DNA of 64,000 nt from Octopus vulgaris (GCA_951406725.2 OX597839.1:27094001-27158000), one strand, 5' to 3'. Shown: positions 25,870 to 40,267, numbered from the stretch's first letter. A program made the numbers and translations. Notes: a model not told the origin generated them from the letters alone.

Positions 25870-26705
25870 TAAGTGGAATGACTGTCGACTAAATTATGCA
25901 AAAATGAAAATAATACTGACATGTCATTTTAACAGAGATAATTACCAAAATAACCTTTAAATATCTTAAAATTATTTAAGAATAAATTTATTCCATAAAA
26001 TCGCCATTGTCTTCAACTATGGCCTCCAGATGACATTGGAAACTCCTGCAGCTCTTCTAGACAATTTCCTTGTTTAAGTTGGTGAATGCAGCCATAATCC
26101 TTGCCTTCAGTTCATCTTTGGTGTTACAAGGAGTTTTGCTGGTCTCTCGCTCAACTGCGCCCTACACATAATAATTAAGGGGGTTGAAGTCTGGGGCAGA
26201 AATCGTCTGACAGCCATAAATGGGTTCTCCTACTTGTGTGGCATCGTGCAGAGTCCTGTTGCCAGACATAGGGTCTTCCAGCAGCCACCCTCTTGACCCA
26301 GGACAGCACTACCTCCTCCAGGCACTTGATGTTGGCCTCCGTGTTGAGTCAGAAGCCGTGTGGGAAGATGAATGGAGGTATAACCTCGCCATCACTAGTG
26401 ATCACTGCAAGCAGCATTATGTTGACTGGATGCTTGATTTTTGTCACTCTCGGTACACGTCCTCGGATTGCACTGCCCTCAGATTGACACCCAATTGCTC
26501 TGAAATGTTCGTATTCAAGCGCTTCCAGCGCGAATGCCAAGCAATGCAGCATGTCGTTTCCAAATTTCTGGCAGAATGAATTACGTCATGGTGCTGTTTT
26601 TCTCACAGACGGTGCCCAACGGTTCCTACTATACTGTGTAGTCAACAAAATCAGAAACAAACACTGTGCATGCGCGCAAGAAAATGGCGGCAATTTACCC
26701 ATCGC

Positions 26706-26710
<5 letters not shown>
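25870..26710 (-). mobile_element. Decayed DD37D/maT-like Tc1/mariner transposon
   Basis: Minus strand KHPVNIMLLAVITSDGEVIPPFIFPHG, WVKRVAAGRPYVWQQDSARCHTSRRT, PDFNPLNYYV*GAVERETSKTPCNTKDELKARI; TIR-like end caatttacccatcgcacctt next to TA. Confidence 0.8.
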
Positions 26711-26747
<37 letters not shown>

Positions 26748-26782
26748 CATGAATATGTATATATATATATATACATACATGA

Positions 26783-26879
<97 letters not shown>

Positions 26880-26880
26880 A

Positions 26881-26941
<61 letters not shown>

Positions 26942-27144
26942 CATATATACATATATATATACACATACATACATACACATATATACATACATGATATACA
27001 TTATATATATATATATATGTATGTATATATATATATATATACGCAACAAAATAATAGGTAAGAAACCAGTAATTCATTGGGTATTTTCTATCCTTTAAGG
27101 TGTTTTTTAACCTCTGTTTAAATTCACACACACACACACACATA

Positions 27145-27715
27145 TATGCACGACTAGCTTCTTTCAGTGTCCGTCTAACAGATCCACTCACAAGGCTTTG
27201 GTCGGCCCGAGGCTATAGTAGACGACAGTTGCTTAAGGTGCTATGCAGTGGGATGGAGGCGCAATGGCCCAGTGGTTAGGGCAGTGGACTCGCGGTCGTA
27301 GGATCGCGGTTTCGATTCCCAGACCGGTTGTTGTGAGTGTTTATTGAGCGAAAACACCTAAAGCTCCACGTGGCTCCGGCAGGGGATGGTGGTGATCCCT
27401 GCTGTACTCTTTCACCACAACATTCTCTCACTCTTACTTCCTGTTTCTGTTGTACCTGTATTTCAAAGGGCCGGCCTTGCCACTCTCTGTGTCACGCTGA
27501 ATATCCCCGAGAACTACGTTAAGGGTACACGTGTCTGTGGAGTGCTCAGCCACTTACACGTTAATTTCACGAGCAGGCTGTTCCGTTGATTCGGATCAAC
27601 CGGAACCCTCGTCGTCGTAACCGACGGAGTGCTTCCATCCATCCATGCAGTGGGACTGAACCCGGAACCGTGCGGTTGGGAGGCAAGCCTCTTATGACCC
27701 AGCCACGCCTGCGTT
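27145..27715 (-). mobile_element. SINE B 5' part split by a SINE A insertion
   Basis: B sequence resumes after the A copy; 11-bp TSD atgcagtggga at 27243 and 27645. Confidence 0.85.
27254..27644 (+). mobile_element. tRNA-derived SINE family A, full length
   Basis: A and B boxes, (CCAT) tail, TSD as above. Confidence 0.92.
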
Positions 27716-28273
27716 TCTGTGTATATTCAGAATACATTGAAAGGTTAGAAAGTCAGTTCCTTGTATTGACCCTGCGAGGCTGTTTATCAATTCATCGCAA
27801 GAATAATTCCGCCGCAAAAATAACCAAAAATATAACACACGAACTCTATTTTTAATCACACCAAAAGAAAGAAAGAAAGAAAGAAGGAAAGAGAGAAGGA
27901 AAGAGAGAAGGAAAGAAAGGAGCAAACAAACAACAAGGAAATCATTAATTCGGTAGATTAGAAGACATTGGTAGGCCACACAAAGCTTCGATTTATGTAC
28001 GATAATATAATTAAGTAAGAACGTGATTTGTGCTATAGATTTCCTCGCAACGCAGAAACAATTGAGTGTTGCCATAACGGAATAAACAGACATTTGGAAA
28101 AAGGTTAGTGGGAGGGGAGGGGGGAATCTAAAGAAAAAAAAAGAAATGGTGGTGGTGGTGGGGGGGGGAATAAATTTGCACACACACATACACACACACA
28201 CAGAGGCACAAACATAGATACAGACACACTGGCATACGCACAGATAGAGACACGTGCAAACTCTTGCATGCAC

Positions 28274-28337
<64 letters not shown>

Positions 28338-28616
28338 ATATGAGTGTATGTGTAGACATACGTGTGTTTGTATTTCTATGTGTGTGTGTGTGTGTGAGTG
28401 GATGTACGCAGGTTTGTATGTGTGTCTATGTATGTATGTATGTATGTATATACACATACATACATACATACAGACATACATACATACGTACATACATACA
28501 TACCTACATACATACATACATATAAATATGTATATATATATACACATAAACCTATATATTTATGTATGAATGTATGTATGTTATGATTATGTATATATAT
28601 ACATACATGAATATGC

Positions 28617-28647
<31 letters not shown>

Positions 28648-28774
28648 ATTATGGATAGTTTGAGCAAAATGGGGCCATTATATTCCCATACAATGTATGC
28701 ATATGTATATATACATGCGTGCATGTATGTGTGTGTGTATATATGTTTGTGTGTCTATCTACCTATCTATATAC

Positions 28775-28825
<51 letters not shown>

Positions 28826-28979
28826 CATACATAGATACACACACACACACATATATAGAGTGATCAAAATTTATATACATATATACATTAACAGACATAT
28901 ACATACGCATGAATATGTTGTGTGTGAAGAATATAAGTAAATAATATATTATATGTATGTATGTATGTATATATACACA

Positions 28980-29013
<34 letters not shown>

Positions 29014-29345
29014 AATATGTGTATATATGTATATATATATATACATAAATATTTATGTATGAATGTATGTATGTTATGATTACGTATATATATACATACA
29101 TGAATATGCATACATATATATATATATATTTACATTATGAATATGTGTGTGTGTCTGTCTGTGTGTATGTATATGTATTTTATGTGTGTGTAATAGGCAA
29201 TTATATAAACATTAATATGCATCTATATATTTATACACACACACACATACACACACATGCACACAAGCATACACAGATACACATACACACACATACGATG
29301 CGAAGAAAATGGGTCAATTATGTATACCTTTATACATACATGCAC

Positions 29346-29381
<36 letters not shown>

Positions 29382-29753
29382 CGAAGGAAATGGGGCAATT
29401 ATGCGTACCTTGAAATACGTGTGTGTGTATATATATATATATATATACACACACGCACAGATATATATACATATTTTATATACGTGTGTGTGTGTGTTTG
29501 CGTGTGTGTGTGTGTGTGTGTGTGCCAGTTTGTGTTTATATATATATACATATATGTCATGTGAACGATTTGGGGCAAGTATTATATATATATATATACA
29601 TTGTTAAATCGCATTTTCACAATTGATTGTCGGAGATTTGAGCTGAGTTAGAAATTAATATCTAAAAGCCAGAAATTGGCGCGAAATCTTTATCGATATT
29701 TCGGCTGAATTCTTGTGTTTCTGCATTTAGTTTATTTTCCGCCTGTACACACA

Positions 29754-29785
<32 letters not shown>

Positions 29786-29792
29786 TGCATGC

Positions 29793-29845
<53 letters not shown>

Positions 29846-29876
29846 CACCCACCTACACACATATATGTATATACAT

Positions 29877-30014
<138 letters not shown>

Positions 30015-30029
30015 GTATATATGTATATG

Positions 30030-30072
<43 letters not shown>

Positions 30073-30082
30073 GCATACATGA

Positions 30083-30123
<41 letters not shown>

Positions 30124-30127
<4 letters not shown>

Positions 30128-31190
30128 TTCATCCCATAAATAATGCGTTTTAAATATATTCTTTTTATTTTCCAGAATCAAGATGAAGAAAGTTATTTTT
30201 TAATAAATAAATAAATAAATTTTTTAATAAATAAAATATACTCTCCCTCATTTTCTTCAATACTCTTCCATTTATCTGATAGACTTGCAAGGCTCCTCTT
30301 CCAAAATTCACTCGTCCGTGACGAAAAATACTCCTCCATTACTGTTCTAACCTCGTCTACAGAATTCATTTTTTTCCCCATCTACATTATTTTGAAGACT
30401 GCGGAATAAATGATAATCAGATGGGGCAATGTCCGGCAAATATGCTGGGTGGGGCATCGTTTCCCATTCAAACTGCTCCAACCTTTGAAATGTCATCCTC
30501 GCTGTATGCGACCAAGCATTGTCCTGATGGAAGAACACCTTTCGTCTTGAAACCAAAGATGGTCATTTTACTTCTGGCGCCGAATTAAGCCCCTCAAGCT
30601 GCTCGCAGCAGATCTCATTCGTTATCGTTTGGTTTGGGTTTAAAGTTTAAAGTAGTCTGAACCTTTCATTTCCCACCAAACAGATAACAACACCTTACAT
30701 GCGTGAAGACCTTTTTTTTAGCCTGGTGTACCGGTGTGTCTCCTTTCCCTACCCACTGTCTTCGGCGCTTGATATTTTTATAGAGAACCCATTTCTCGTC
30801 ACCAGTCACTATTCAGTCCAAAAAAGGTTCATTCCTGAGATGTCACAACAAAGAAGAAGACACATTCACTCTCTGCTTAGACTCGGGAAGTTTGTGAGGA
30901 ACTCATTGACCCATTTTTCTGACTTTACCGATGGCACGCCGGTGTTGTTGAATGGCTGAATGACCAAATCCAGGCTTCTCTGCTAGTTTCTCAACAGTTA
31001 CGATGAGATTTTGTATTATAGCTTTGAAAAGATAACCGTTACAATCGAACTGCACTCTTCAGAACTTACACTAAGAATAAGACCAAGGTAAAATTACTAC
31101 CTACTTTTATAGCAAGTTGATGCAGGTAGTTTATCCCGTCCCCCTCCGACTCTTAGTCCACGAAATTGAAAAAAACCGCATTTATTTATA
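30124..31190 (-). mobile_element. Decayed mariner (DD34D) transposon
   Basis: KVFFHQDNAWSHTARMTFQRLEQFEWETMPHPAYLPDIAPSDYHLFRSLQN; left TIR ttagttcatcccataaataatgcg, partial right TIR cgcatttatttat. Confidence 0.9.
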
Positions 31191-31472
31191 GCACCTGGGC
31201 TACACATGTTTCATAGCGAACGGAACCTCGGAAATGGTAAATATCCAAGCGAGATATATACCGCAGGCTACTCGTCAGGTCAAAGGTATCTTATTGACAT
31301 ACCCGGCGCCAACGGCTGCCTACCGTGAAGTATAATACGATTTTTTTTCAGATTATCGTATTTCGTTACAAAAAAAAATATGTAAACTTCCGCCTCAGAA
31401 AATCAGTTGTTCCTGAAAGTCGTTTTCTATATTTGCTACGGATGCCTTCTTGCACTTCGATCCTTGGATGTG

Positions 31473-31505
<33 letters not shown>

Positions 31506-31507
<2 letters not shown>

Positions 31508-31905
31508 TTTATATATAAAAGTCAAGTTGTGTGTCTGTCTCCTGCGATTTAGATTCCTAACTACTCCCACATTTTGCTGTGCAGTTTAACCAAAACCGGG
31601 TATCTTATAGTCGTGATTCATATCGAGCCCTTCTGGGTATTAGCGCGTGTCTACGATGAGTCTACGATTTTAAAAATAATTTACCATCATTTTTTTCCAT
31701 TTTAATGCATTTTTCCGCAATTATATAAGGGAAGTAACTCTCTAAAAATGTCTAAGATGAGTCAACGATTTAAAAAAAAAATTTACCATAATTTTTTTTC
31801 CATTTTTAATGCATTTTTTTTTGCTATTTTTTGGCTATAACTCTCTAAAAATGTTTATATAGTTATTTCCCTTACAAACCCGAGCAACGCCGGGCGATAC
31901 TGCTA

Positions 31906-31906
<1 letters not shown>
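31506..31906 (+). mobile_element. Non-autonomous Helitron family D
   Basis: 5' TCTTTATATATAAAAG, 3' hairpin cccgagcaacgccggg then CTAG; inserted between A and T with no TSD. Confidence 0.9.
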
Positions 31907-31956
<50 letters not shown>

Positions 31957-31959
31957 CAC

Positions 31960-32127
31960 AGAATGATACCCTTTAGTGAACACATTGAAAGATGCACAAA
32001 ACAATTGCTGCCACAATTTGTAATCTTTCCATTCTATCAATCTTCTTTTGGGACACCGACACAAGTTAGATTAAATAAAGAAACCTACTTCATTGAAAAG
32101 TATAAGCGAAAACTTAACCGTTTCTAG
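31960..32127 (+). pseudogene. C-terminus of a Penelope-type GIY-YIG endonuclease
   Basis: RMIPFSEHIERCTKQLLPQFVIFPFYQSSFGTPTQVRLNKETYFIEKYKRKLNRF*, with the R..KE..FI....LN signature. A diverged repeat LNKEAYLIEKYKPKLN follows at 32133-32255. Confidence 0.8.
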
Positions 32128-32357
32128 CATTTTTGAATAAGGAAGCTTACCTCATTGAAAAATATAAACCAAAACTTAACCATTCCTCACATTATATTCT
32201 ATCAAAACCAAATCATGTTAAATTAAGAAAACCTAATAATTCCCAACGTTTTTGATTATTCGGTATAAGGGAGTTATACCGAAAAAATCCCTGGTTACCT
32301 CTCCCTGTTTCGAACTTTTCTACATCACACTGTAACGAATAGATGACACAGCAGAAA

Positions 32358-32402
32358 TTTGAGAAATTTGAAAAGAAAATACGAAACCGGTTATTTCTCA
32401 AA
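32358..32402 (+). ncRNA. Minimal type I hammerhead, U3:A8 core variant
   Basis: UUUGAGAAAU-UUGAAAA-G AAAAUA C-GAA-ACCGGU-U-AUUUCUCAAA: perfect 10-bp stem I, 1-bp stem II, palindromic stem III, GUU site. Confidence 0.72.
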
Positions 32403-32560
32403 AACAATGTTACTATACAAAAGATTTTCAATCATTTTCAGAACATGGCGATTTTAATATATTCTTTAACCATATAATACAAATCTTGTGTAGTTTTTTT
32501 TCATTCTATTTTGTATTTTTATACATCCAACCACGAGCTTTCACATACCAACTCTCTCAC

Positions 32561-32607
<47 letters not shown>

Positions 32608-32849
32608 TAAACAGTAAAAATAATTACAGACATGGACAAGAACATGAAACACCACAGAGACGACACAAGAACCACAGGACGGGACATTCGAAGCCCTCAG
32701 TCATCAGTCAAGAACCAGATCATCTTAGCAATTTCGGCTGATTAATCTTGAGATTGCTCCGATATGGGCAGCCCGCCAAGGGAAATCTAAGCCAAGCGCA
32801 TTAGATCCCCTGGAAGAAAGCTTCGAATGTATACAACACGAGGACGGAA

Positions 32850-32896
<47 letters not shown>

Positions 32897-32984
32897 CAGA
32901 GAATTGTATATTATAATTAAGATACCATGCGTATATTCTAGAAAGTGATGCCAAATACATCCAACCACCATAAAATATAATATA

Positions 32985-33140
<156 letters not shown>

Positions 33141-33155
33141 TATATACATATATAC

Positions 33156-33192
<37 letters not shown>

Positions 33193-33488
33193 CCATATAT
33201 ATATTCAAATACATACGTACACACACGTACGCACACGCACGCACGCACACACACACACATACATAGTTTAAAAGGAAAGAACGAAAGAATAAAAGACAGA
33301 CGGACAGACAGACAGACATTAGTGTGAAACAATGTTTAAAACGAAACAAAAAAGAAAAGTAAATCCTGAAAGTAATTCTGAAATAAATCATTTTGATTCG
33401 ATTTCGTCTTTGAAATCGCAAAATGAGAGAAAAAATATCACTTGCGATCTGATGGAATATGGGAGATATGTAGTTATGTTGTGTATTG

Positions 33489-33489
<1 letters not shown>

Positions 33490-33526
<37 letters not shown>

Positions 33527-34430
33527 TGTGGTGGTAGTGATTATAGTAGAAGCAGTAGTATAGAGTTAGTAGTAGTGGTGGTAGTGGTGGTGGTAGTGGT
33601 GGTGGTGGTGGTAGTAGTAGTAGTAGCGGTAGTAGTAGAGGTGGTGGTGGTGGTAGTGTATAGTAGTATAGGGTTAGTAGTAGTAGTAGTAGTAGTAGTA
33701 GTAGCAATAGTAGTAGAGGTGGTGGTGGTAGTGATTATAGTAGAAGCAGTAGTATAGAGTTAGTTGTAGTGGTGGTAGTGGTGGTGGTAGTGGTGGTGGT
33801 AGTGGTGGTAGTAATGGTGGTGGTGGTGGTGGTGGTAGTAGTAGTATAGGGTTAGGGTTAGTATTAGTAGTAGTAGTGGTGGTGATTACTGGTTAGTGGT
33901 AGCTATACTGTCAGTGTGGTGTAGAGGCGGTGGTAGTTTGTGTTGCAGTCTATGTTGTAGCGTTATCATTAATAATAGTGTATCGGTGTGAACTTCTACC
34001 TTCGCCGCGTTACACTCCTCCTCCTCCTCCTCCTCAATCCTTCTTTTCCTCCTCCTCCTTCCTTCTCCTTCTTCTTCCACTTCTTCCTCCTTCTTTCTCC
34101 TCTCCTCCTTCCACCTCCTTCTTCTTCTCCTCCTCCTCTTTCTCTTCTTTGTCCTCCTCCTCTTTACTCTCCTTCTTCTACCCCCTCCTCTTTACTCTCC
34201 TTCTTCTTCCCCCTCCTCCTCCTCTTCTTTCCTCTCTTCTTCTTCACCATCCTCCACCTCCTCCTCCTCCTCCTCACCACCGCCGCCGCTACCCCCCCAT
34301 CATCACCACCACCACCACCACCGCCGCCGCCACCACCACCACCACCACCACCACCACCACCACCATCACCACCGCTGCTGCCACCGCTGCTGCCACCGCT
34401 GCCGCCACCGCTGCCACCGCCACCATCATT
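33490..34430. repeat. (GTA/GTG)n then (CCT/CTT)n and (CCA/CCG)n trinucleotide tracts
   Basis: Directly visible; source of spurious poly-V/P/T/G ORFs. Confidence 0.92.
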
Positions 34431-35060
34431 AACACCGTTGCCTTTCACCATTACCACCTCCAGTATCGATGGCAGATCAATAAATTCGTTCACTTCTGTG
34501 AAAAGAAGGAAAAGGTGATTTTTATTGCTTCTCGTTATCGGTTTGCAATTTGAACACTTACACACACACACACATATACATTTTATCTTTTATCTTTTAC
34601 TTGTTTCAGCCATTAGACTGCGGCCATGCTGGGGCATCGCCTTGAAAGATTTTTAGTTGAATAAATCGACACCAACACGTTTTATATATATGTATATATA
34701 TATATATATAATAATAATATAAGGGACATTAGCCAACTGAATATCCCATGGTGGGTTGAATTTTCAACCCCTATCTCATTTTATATATATATATATATAT
34801 TTAAGTAGTTGAAGGAATTATCTTGTTATGGATAATTCGGTTAACCGATACCTGGGTAGCAAATTCACATCAGAGAAGACACGTTTGAAGATACGTTCTT
34901 TCGTGTGGAAATTTGCATATGTTGTTTTTATGTTATATTTGTATGTTATATATATATATATATATATATCATAATACATACACACACATATCCGACCATA
35001 TCTGTATATAAATATATGCATATACATGCATGAATATATATGTATATGTGTATATATATA

Positions 35061-35290
35061 TTTCTTTATTGCCCACAGAGGGCTAAACACAGAGAGGACG
35101 AACAAGGTCAGACAAACGGATTAAGTCGATTATATCGACCCCAGTGCATAACTGGTATTTATTTAATCGACCCCGAAAGGATGAAAAGCAAAGTAGACCT
35201 CGGCGGAATTTGAACTCAGAACGTAACGGCGGACGAAATACCTCTAATCATTTCGCCCGGCGTGCTAACGATTCTGCCAGCTCACCGCCC
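35061..35290 (-). mobile_element. SINE family C
   Basis: Reverse complement of the 2275 copy. Confidence 0.85.
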
Positions 35291-35324
35291 TGTATATGTA
35301 TATGTGTATACGTGTATATATATA

Positions 35325-35819
35325 TCTTTATATATAAAAGTAAGGTTGTGTGTCTGTCTCCTACGATTTAGATTCTTAACTACTCCCACATTTTGCGGTG
35401 CAGTTTAACCAAAACCGGGTATCTTATAGTCGTGATTCATATCGAGCCCTTCTGGGTATTAGCGCGCGTCTACGATGAGTCTACGATTTTAAAAAATTTA
35501 CCATCATTTTTTTCCATTTTAATGCATTTTTTCGCTATTATATAAAGGAAGTAACTCTCTAATAGTGCGCGTCTACGATGAGTCTACGATTTAAAAAAAA
35601 TTTACCATCATTTTTTTCCATTTTAATGCATTTTTTCGCTATTATATAAAGGAAGTAACTCTCTAAAAATGTCTACGATGAGTCAACGATTTAAAAAAAT
35701 TTTACCATTTTTTTCCAATTTTAATGCATTGTTTTGCTACTTTTTGGCTATAACTCTCTAAAAATGCTTATATAGTTGTTTCCCTTACAAACCCGAGCAT
35801 CGCCGGGCGATACTGCTAG
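35325..35819 (+). mobile_element. Non-autonomous Helitron family D with an extra internal unit
   Basis: TC...hairpin-CTAG, A^T site; three copies of the internal gtctacgatgagtc unit instead of two. Confidence 0.9.
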
Positions 35820-36213
35820 TATATATATATGTATGCATTGAGTACATATTAAATTTTATTAAACTTGACCAAAGGTTTTTCAAGCTATGAACAATTTTCG
35901 TCAATACAATGATATAATATGTGGACTTCGACCCTACAAGAAAGCTTCATGATAAACAACATTATTTGTATTCCCATTCGAGCATGTGCCGGTAGCTGAA
36001 CCACACCAAAGTGCCGCTGTAGAAAGTGTCACTGCATATGGCACCCAGATGAGAGGGACAGGAAAATTGCCATACTGTCAGGCCTTCTACCGTCGTCTCG
36101 GTATAGTCCTCCTGGATCGAGCTGGGTGGGGAAGCCTTCGGCGTCTTGGCCATGCTCTGTGATCTCGTTAAGAGCAGCACGGTGCGGCAGGCGGCCAGTG
36201 CTATAATATATAA

Positions 36214-36606
36214 GTGAGACGCAATGGCCCAGTGGTTAGGGCAGCGGACTCGCGGTCGTAGGATCGCGGTTTCGATTCCCAGACCGGGCGTTGTGAGTGT
36301 TTATTGAGCGAAAAACACCTAAAGCTCCACGAGGCTCCGGCAGGGGATGGTGGTGATCCCTGCTGTACTCTTTCACCACAACTTTCTCTCACTCTTACTT
36401 CCTGTTTCTGTTGTACCTGTATTTCAAAGGGGCCGGCCTTGTCACTCTCTGTGTCACGCTGAATCTCCCCGAGAACTACGTTAAGGGTACACGTGTCTGT
36501 GGAGTGCTCAGCCACTTACACGTTAATTTCACGAGCAGGCTGTTCCGTTGATTCGGATCAACCGGAACCCTCATCGTCGTAACCGACGGAGTGCTTCCAT
36601 CCATCC
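36214..36606 (+). mobile_element. tRNA-derived SINE family A, full length
   Basis: A and B boxes and full tail. Confidence 0.92.
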
Positions 36607-36856
36607 AATATAATGTTTCGATGCTGAATCAACCGAGAGGAGTTCCAACGTGATGAAATCTCCAAGCGGTTTAGATGCACAAGTCTCCGAAATCCAAGTG
36701 GATAAAAGGTGTCGGCAGAAGGGCACCTAGGAGTCATGACCCGGATGCAGCCCGGCTCCCTTAAAGTGTAAGAAATTAAGGGTCAAAACACTCGCCTGAG
36801 GTTGGTGGTAGATTTCGCTTACCACTGCCAGCAAACCACCGCCTCTGTCTGCCTAT

Positions 36857-36916
<60 letters not shown>

Positions 36917-36945
36917 GTGCTTATCTCTCTGTCTGCGTATATATT

Positions 36946-36979
<34 letters not shown>

Positions 36980-36983
<4 letters not shown>

Positions 36984-37115
36984 CTTAGCCTTTCATCCTT
37001 TCGGGGTCGATAAATTAAGTACCAGTTACGCACTGGGGTCGATGTAATCGACTTAATCCCTTTGTCTGTCCTTGATTGTCCTCTCTGTGTTTAGCCCCTT
37101 GTGGGTAGTAAAGAA

Positions 37116-37118
<3 letters not shown>
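36980..37118 (+). mobile_element. SINE family C, 5'-truncated
   Basis: gcctttcatcctttcggggtcgataaattaagtaccag through the gtaaagaaata tail. Confidence 0.8.
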
Positions 37119-37161
<43 letters not shown>

Positions 37162-37290
37162 GTATATATATATATTTTTTTTTCTTCTCTAGTTTCAGCT
37201 CAGAGCTGCGGCCATGCTAATGCATCGCCGTTATATATATATAATATATGTATACATACATACATACATACATACATACATACATACATG

Positions 37291-37351
<61 letters not shown>

Positions 37352-37403
37352 GCACACATATAAACACACACATACATATGCATACATATGAAACACACGA
37401 CAG

Positions 37404-37439
<36 letters not shown>

Positions 37440-37734
37440 ACACACACGAAACGCACAAAAGACCTCAGCACAAAACCACTGATAATAAGGTAACATAATT
37501 GAATTAACCAGCTCCAATTTCTCCAATTTCTAATTCTATATTTCGGTTACAGGATCTTAACTCAATTTAGCAACGGACCTCGTAATTCTTGGACAAGAGC
37601 AATGGCAAGGCAGACAGCGGAAGAAGCCGACATGAAAATGTGCCAAGAAAAAAATAAAGAAAACAACAAAAAAAAAATCCGTAATAATGCAAAATCGAAT
37701 AGAAACGAACGGTAATCGCAGAAAAGAGATTATC

Positions 37735-37795
<61 letters not shown>

Positions 37796-37830
37796 TTAAT
37801 TGTAATAATGATAATAGTAATAATGACATA

Positions 37831-38243
37831 TCTTTATATATAAAAGTGAGGTTGTGTGGTGTCTGTCTCCTACGATTTAGATTCCTAACTACTCCCACAT
37901 TTTGCGGTGCAGTTTAACCAAAACCGGGTATCTTATAGTCGTGATTCATATCGAGCCCTTCTGGGTATTAGCGCGCGTCTACGATGAGTCTACGATTTAA
38001 AAAAAAAAATTACCATAATTTTTTTCCATTTTAATGCATTTTTTTCGCTATTATATAAGGGAAGTAACTCTCTAAAAATGCCTACGATGAGTCAAAACGA
38101 TTTAAAAAAACGATTAGTCAACGATAATTTTTTTTTTTCCATTTTTAATGCCTTTTGTTGCTATTTTTTGGCTATAACTCTCTAAAAATGCTTATATAGT
38201 TATTTCCCTTACAAACCCGAGCAACGCCGGGCGATACTGCTAG
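37831..38243 (+). mobile_element. Non-autonomous Helitron family D
   Basis: TC start, hairpin + CTAG end, A^T site. Confidence 0.9.
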
Positions 38244-38469
38244 TATATATATATATATATATACGAAATATATATACATACAAAATGACAAACCACAAGC
38301 AAAAATGAACCCAAAATTCAGTTTTATTTATTATTTATTTTTTGCATTTATTTTGTTTTATCTTTTTTTTTTATAGTTTTTGTTTTCGTAATTTAGTTGG
38401 TCTGTATCGATATATTTCGTAGTAATCGAACCTACTTTTCGCTTACGTAATTGCGTCTGTTTCATCGCT

Positions 38470-39070
38470 GTTCTTCTCCTGCTCCGCCTTTTTCTAACTT
38501 ATCTTCCTCCTCGTCGCCGCCGTCGCCGTCTTCGTTGTCATTCTCCTTCTCATCAACATCAACTTCGTTATCATTCCTTCTCTTCTCCTCTTCTCCTCTT
38601 CCCCTTTTTTCCCTACTCTTCCTACTCAACTTCTGCTTCCTCCTTGTCTCCTCTTCCTCGTCTTCTTCCACCTCCTTCTCTTCTTCCTCTTCCCCTTCGC
38701 CCTCTCTTCCTCCTTCCTCCTCCCGCTCTTCCGCCTTCCTCCTTCTCCTCTTCCGCCTTCCTCGTCCTCCTCGTCCTCGTCCTCCTCCCTTCTTCTCTCT
38801 CCTCTCCCATGTATTCTTCTTCCTCCACCTCCCCTACGTCTTCTTCTTCCTCTTTTTCCTTCTCTTCTTCCTCTACTTCCTCTTCCTCCCTTCTACTTCC
38901 TCCCCACATCTTCTTCCCTCTCCTCTCTTCTTCTTCCTCATCTTCTCCTCCTCTCTTTTTCCTCCTCCCCTTCTTCCATGACCTTCCTTCTCCCCCTCCG
39001 TCTCCTCCACCCCTTCCGTCTCCTCCTTCCCCTCCCCTCCTCTCCCTCCTCCTTTTCCTCATTCTTCTAC
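38470..39070. repeat. Polypyrimidine (CCT/CTT) low-complexity tract
   Basis: Directly visible. Confidence 0.9.
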
Positions 39071-39829
39071 TTTAATAATCTTTCATTCGTCTTGCGATTA
39101 TTAAGATCTTTCGTTATATCTTTTTCTTTCTTTCTTTCACCAAAACCACCATCCCCCACCACCATCACCATCACCACCGACGTTGCAACCGTCACTACTA
39201 CTACTACTACTACTACTACTAACAACAACAACAACAACAACAATAACAGCAACAACAATAACAGCAACAACAACGACAACAACAACAACTGCAGCCTCGG
39301 CATCATCCGCACCCTTTTCACTTGTTTTCACTCTCTCTGGTTTCGCAGCGAACTGGAAATTGTTGGCTCATTTTGCATGGAGAATTAAAGGTTACCGGTG
39401 CATTTAGCGTGAAAAGTTCAAAATTACTGCTGCACTTTATACGAACAGTTCAAAATATTACTTGCACAATTTTCACTGGCATACTTTACATGAAAACTTA
39501 ATTACTAGCGCGCTTTTCATGAACAGGTAAAACAAAAGAAAAAAAAAGAAAAAAAATACCCAAAAAACAAAAAAAAACCCGAAACAGGCTTTGTTTTAAA
39601 ATAATAAATTAAGGGGGGTGGGGAAAAACTATAGTTTTACCTAATTTTATTAATAATATTATGGGTGCAGACGTGACTGTCTGGTAAGAATTTTGCTTCA
39701 TTACTAAATGGTTCTGGGTTCAATATCGCTGCATGGCACCCACCTACCTTGGATAAGTCTATTCTACTCTAAGCTCAAGCTGACCAAAGCCTTGTGAGTT
39801 TGGTAGACGGAAACTATAAGAAGTCTGCC

Positions 39830-39945
<116 letters not shown>

Positions 39946-39950
39946 ATATG

Positions 39951-40000
<50 letters not shown>

Positions 40001-40190
40001 GGGAAAGTTTACGAAAAAAAAACAAAAGAGAAGACAGGTGGTGTAGAAAACAAACAGATGTATTAGTATAACGCCCAGGAATAGAAAAAGTCTTTTACGT
40101 TTCGAGCCTACGCTCTTCGACAGAAAGGGACACAGAAAAAAACCAAGGAGAGAAAAAATGTGTGTAGTGGCTACTGATCTATCATGGCGA

Positions 40191-40192
<2 letters not shown>
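40001..40192 (-). mobile_element. Family F mini-element with hammerhead at 40092-40127
   Basis: CUUU-CUGUCGA-A GAGC GUAG GCUC-GAA-ACGU-A-AAAG; long (TA)n on both sides. Confidence 0.85.

Positions 40193-40267
<75 letters not shown>

Larger units (their letters stand above)
31957..32562 (+). mobile_element. 5'-truncated Penelope-like retroelement (GIY-YIG end + UTR + hammerhead) in (TA)n
   Basis: ORF end, second ORF-end copy, hammerhead at 32358-32402, (TA)n on both sides. Confidence 0.82.

Noticed and set aside
28660-29585. Recurring aaatgggKcaattat motif that looked like repeat-spacer spacing
   Set aside because: Irregular spacing, degenerate copies and microsatellite spacers in eukaryotic DNA; not a CRISPR-like array.
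32605-32850. Element between (TA)n tracts with CUGAUGA on the minus strand
   Set aside because: I could not build convincing stems II/III or a GAAA, so it is not counted as a hammerhead, though it may be another TA-associated family.
34880-34925. UUGAAGA..GAAA motif
   Set aside because: No stem I pairing.
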